A stretch of 64,000 bases of DNA, from NCBI RefSeq assembly GCF_001194135.2, contig NC_068994.1, positions 6,968,374-7,032,373 of the forward strand, written 5' to 3'. The DNA comes from Octopus bimaculoides (Eukaryota). Each line of letters opens with the position of its first letter. Positions within the stretch are counted from its first letter, which is position 1. Shown here piece after piece: positions 62,829-64,000 of this stretch. Position numbers and translations under genes: made by a program. Under the pieces are notes generated by a model, which ran no database searches, was not told where the DNA came from, and worked only from the letters and a program-made list of their open reading frames with translations.

Positions 62829-63289
62829 TTGCTGGCCTTGTGACAAAAACACAAAATTATTATTATTATTTCTTTGTTTTAAACAAGTTCTTAAAATATA
62901 ATTAAAAAAAAATAAAATTTATGAAAAATAAAATAAAATGAGATGTGATGACCATTATTGCCTATACCATTCCATTTTGCCTCAATAAAATAAAATTAAA
63001 TTAAATTAAAAAAAAGAAAAGAAAAAAGAAGCTTACACACCGAAAATAATTATCTATTTGGAATTTGATACAATATCAGTTTGGTACAAAGGAAAGGAGG
63101 GCAGAAAAACAGGATTAAGTCATGATCAATATTGAATTCTCATTAAGTTAATTATTAATATTATCATCATCATCATCTAAAAAATATCATAATTATTATT
63201 ATTCTCATCATTATTTAAAAATAAAGAAACAAACATTATTTAATCTAAATACAAATATATATATATCCTGAATAATGTTTGTTTATATA

Positions 63290-63385
<96 letters not shown>

Positions 63386-64000
63386 TACATACATATATAT
63401 ATACATATATATATATATACATATAGAGAGAGAGATTAGTTATTAAAAACTAGGAGAATTATTATCAAAAATAAAAAAATTTATTTTAAAAAAAATCAAA
63501 AATAAAATCAAAAAAAAAAATCATTACATTATTATTATAATTGTTAAAAATAATGTTAAAAACAAAAAAATACAAAATGGAGTACAGAGTGGGCTGTGAG
63601 AATAATTCTCCAACTTTATCTGACTCCAAAAATCTATAGCGGGGAGAAGGGGTACACTAAACTTAACTACGTCATGTGTCACATCAGGAGCCCTTCCATC
63701 ATCCTACTATCTTAACTGATTGATCATGAAGACAAACCAATGTGAAGGGGAATAAGGAGTGAAGCAGTGTGTAGCATGAGAGTGAAAAGTAAGGGTGATG
63801 GGTAGGGTCTGCTTGAAACAGGTGTCGAGAGAGAAGTTGTTGATAGTGGTGGAGGTGTTAGTGGTGATGATGATGATGGCGATATTACTGTTACTGTCTT
63901 GTTGTTGCTGTTGTTGTTGCCATCATCAATGCAAGGAAAGGTTACTCTGCACAACTGGCTAAATAAATCATTTACTGTTATTGCTAATATGCAGGTCAAT

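Overview
Eukaryotic, AT-rich, gap-ridden draft scaffold made almost entirely of microsatellites and transposable-element debris. No host protein-coding exon can be supported; nearly all long ORFs in the track are translated microsatellites or span N gaps. The mix of tRNA-headed SINE families and very dense (AT)n/(CA)n/(AAT)n/(GAT)n repeats resembles an octopus (coleoid cephalopod) genome, which is an inference from memory, not a database result. Recognisable elements: a full-length dead mariner (975-2334, 27-bp TIRs, TA TSD); two opposed fragments of a DD37D/maT-type Tc1/mariner (6299-7004, 12487-12985); two R4/Dong-clade LINE fragments in (TAA)n (30381-31140); a near full-length dead Tx1/L1-clade LINE ending in (ATT)12 (~57720-62827); TTAA-flanked piggyBac-type MITEs; several SINE families (labelled A-F here for convenience only); two long foldback palindromes; a ~41-bp minisatellite with a 149-bp higher-order repeat; and a cluster of degenerate hammerhead-ribozyme-like motifs (46.5-49.3 kb) typical of Penelope-like/retrozyme elements. 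The most interesting signal is a shared AAT/ATT microsatellite landing pad: the Tx1-like LINE 3' end matches the 3' end of the tandemly arrayed SINE family F (candidate LINE/SINE partnership), while R4/Dong occupies the opposite strand of the same repeat. Most SINE boundaries are approximate.
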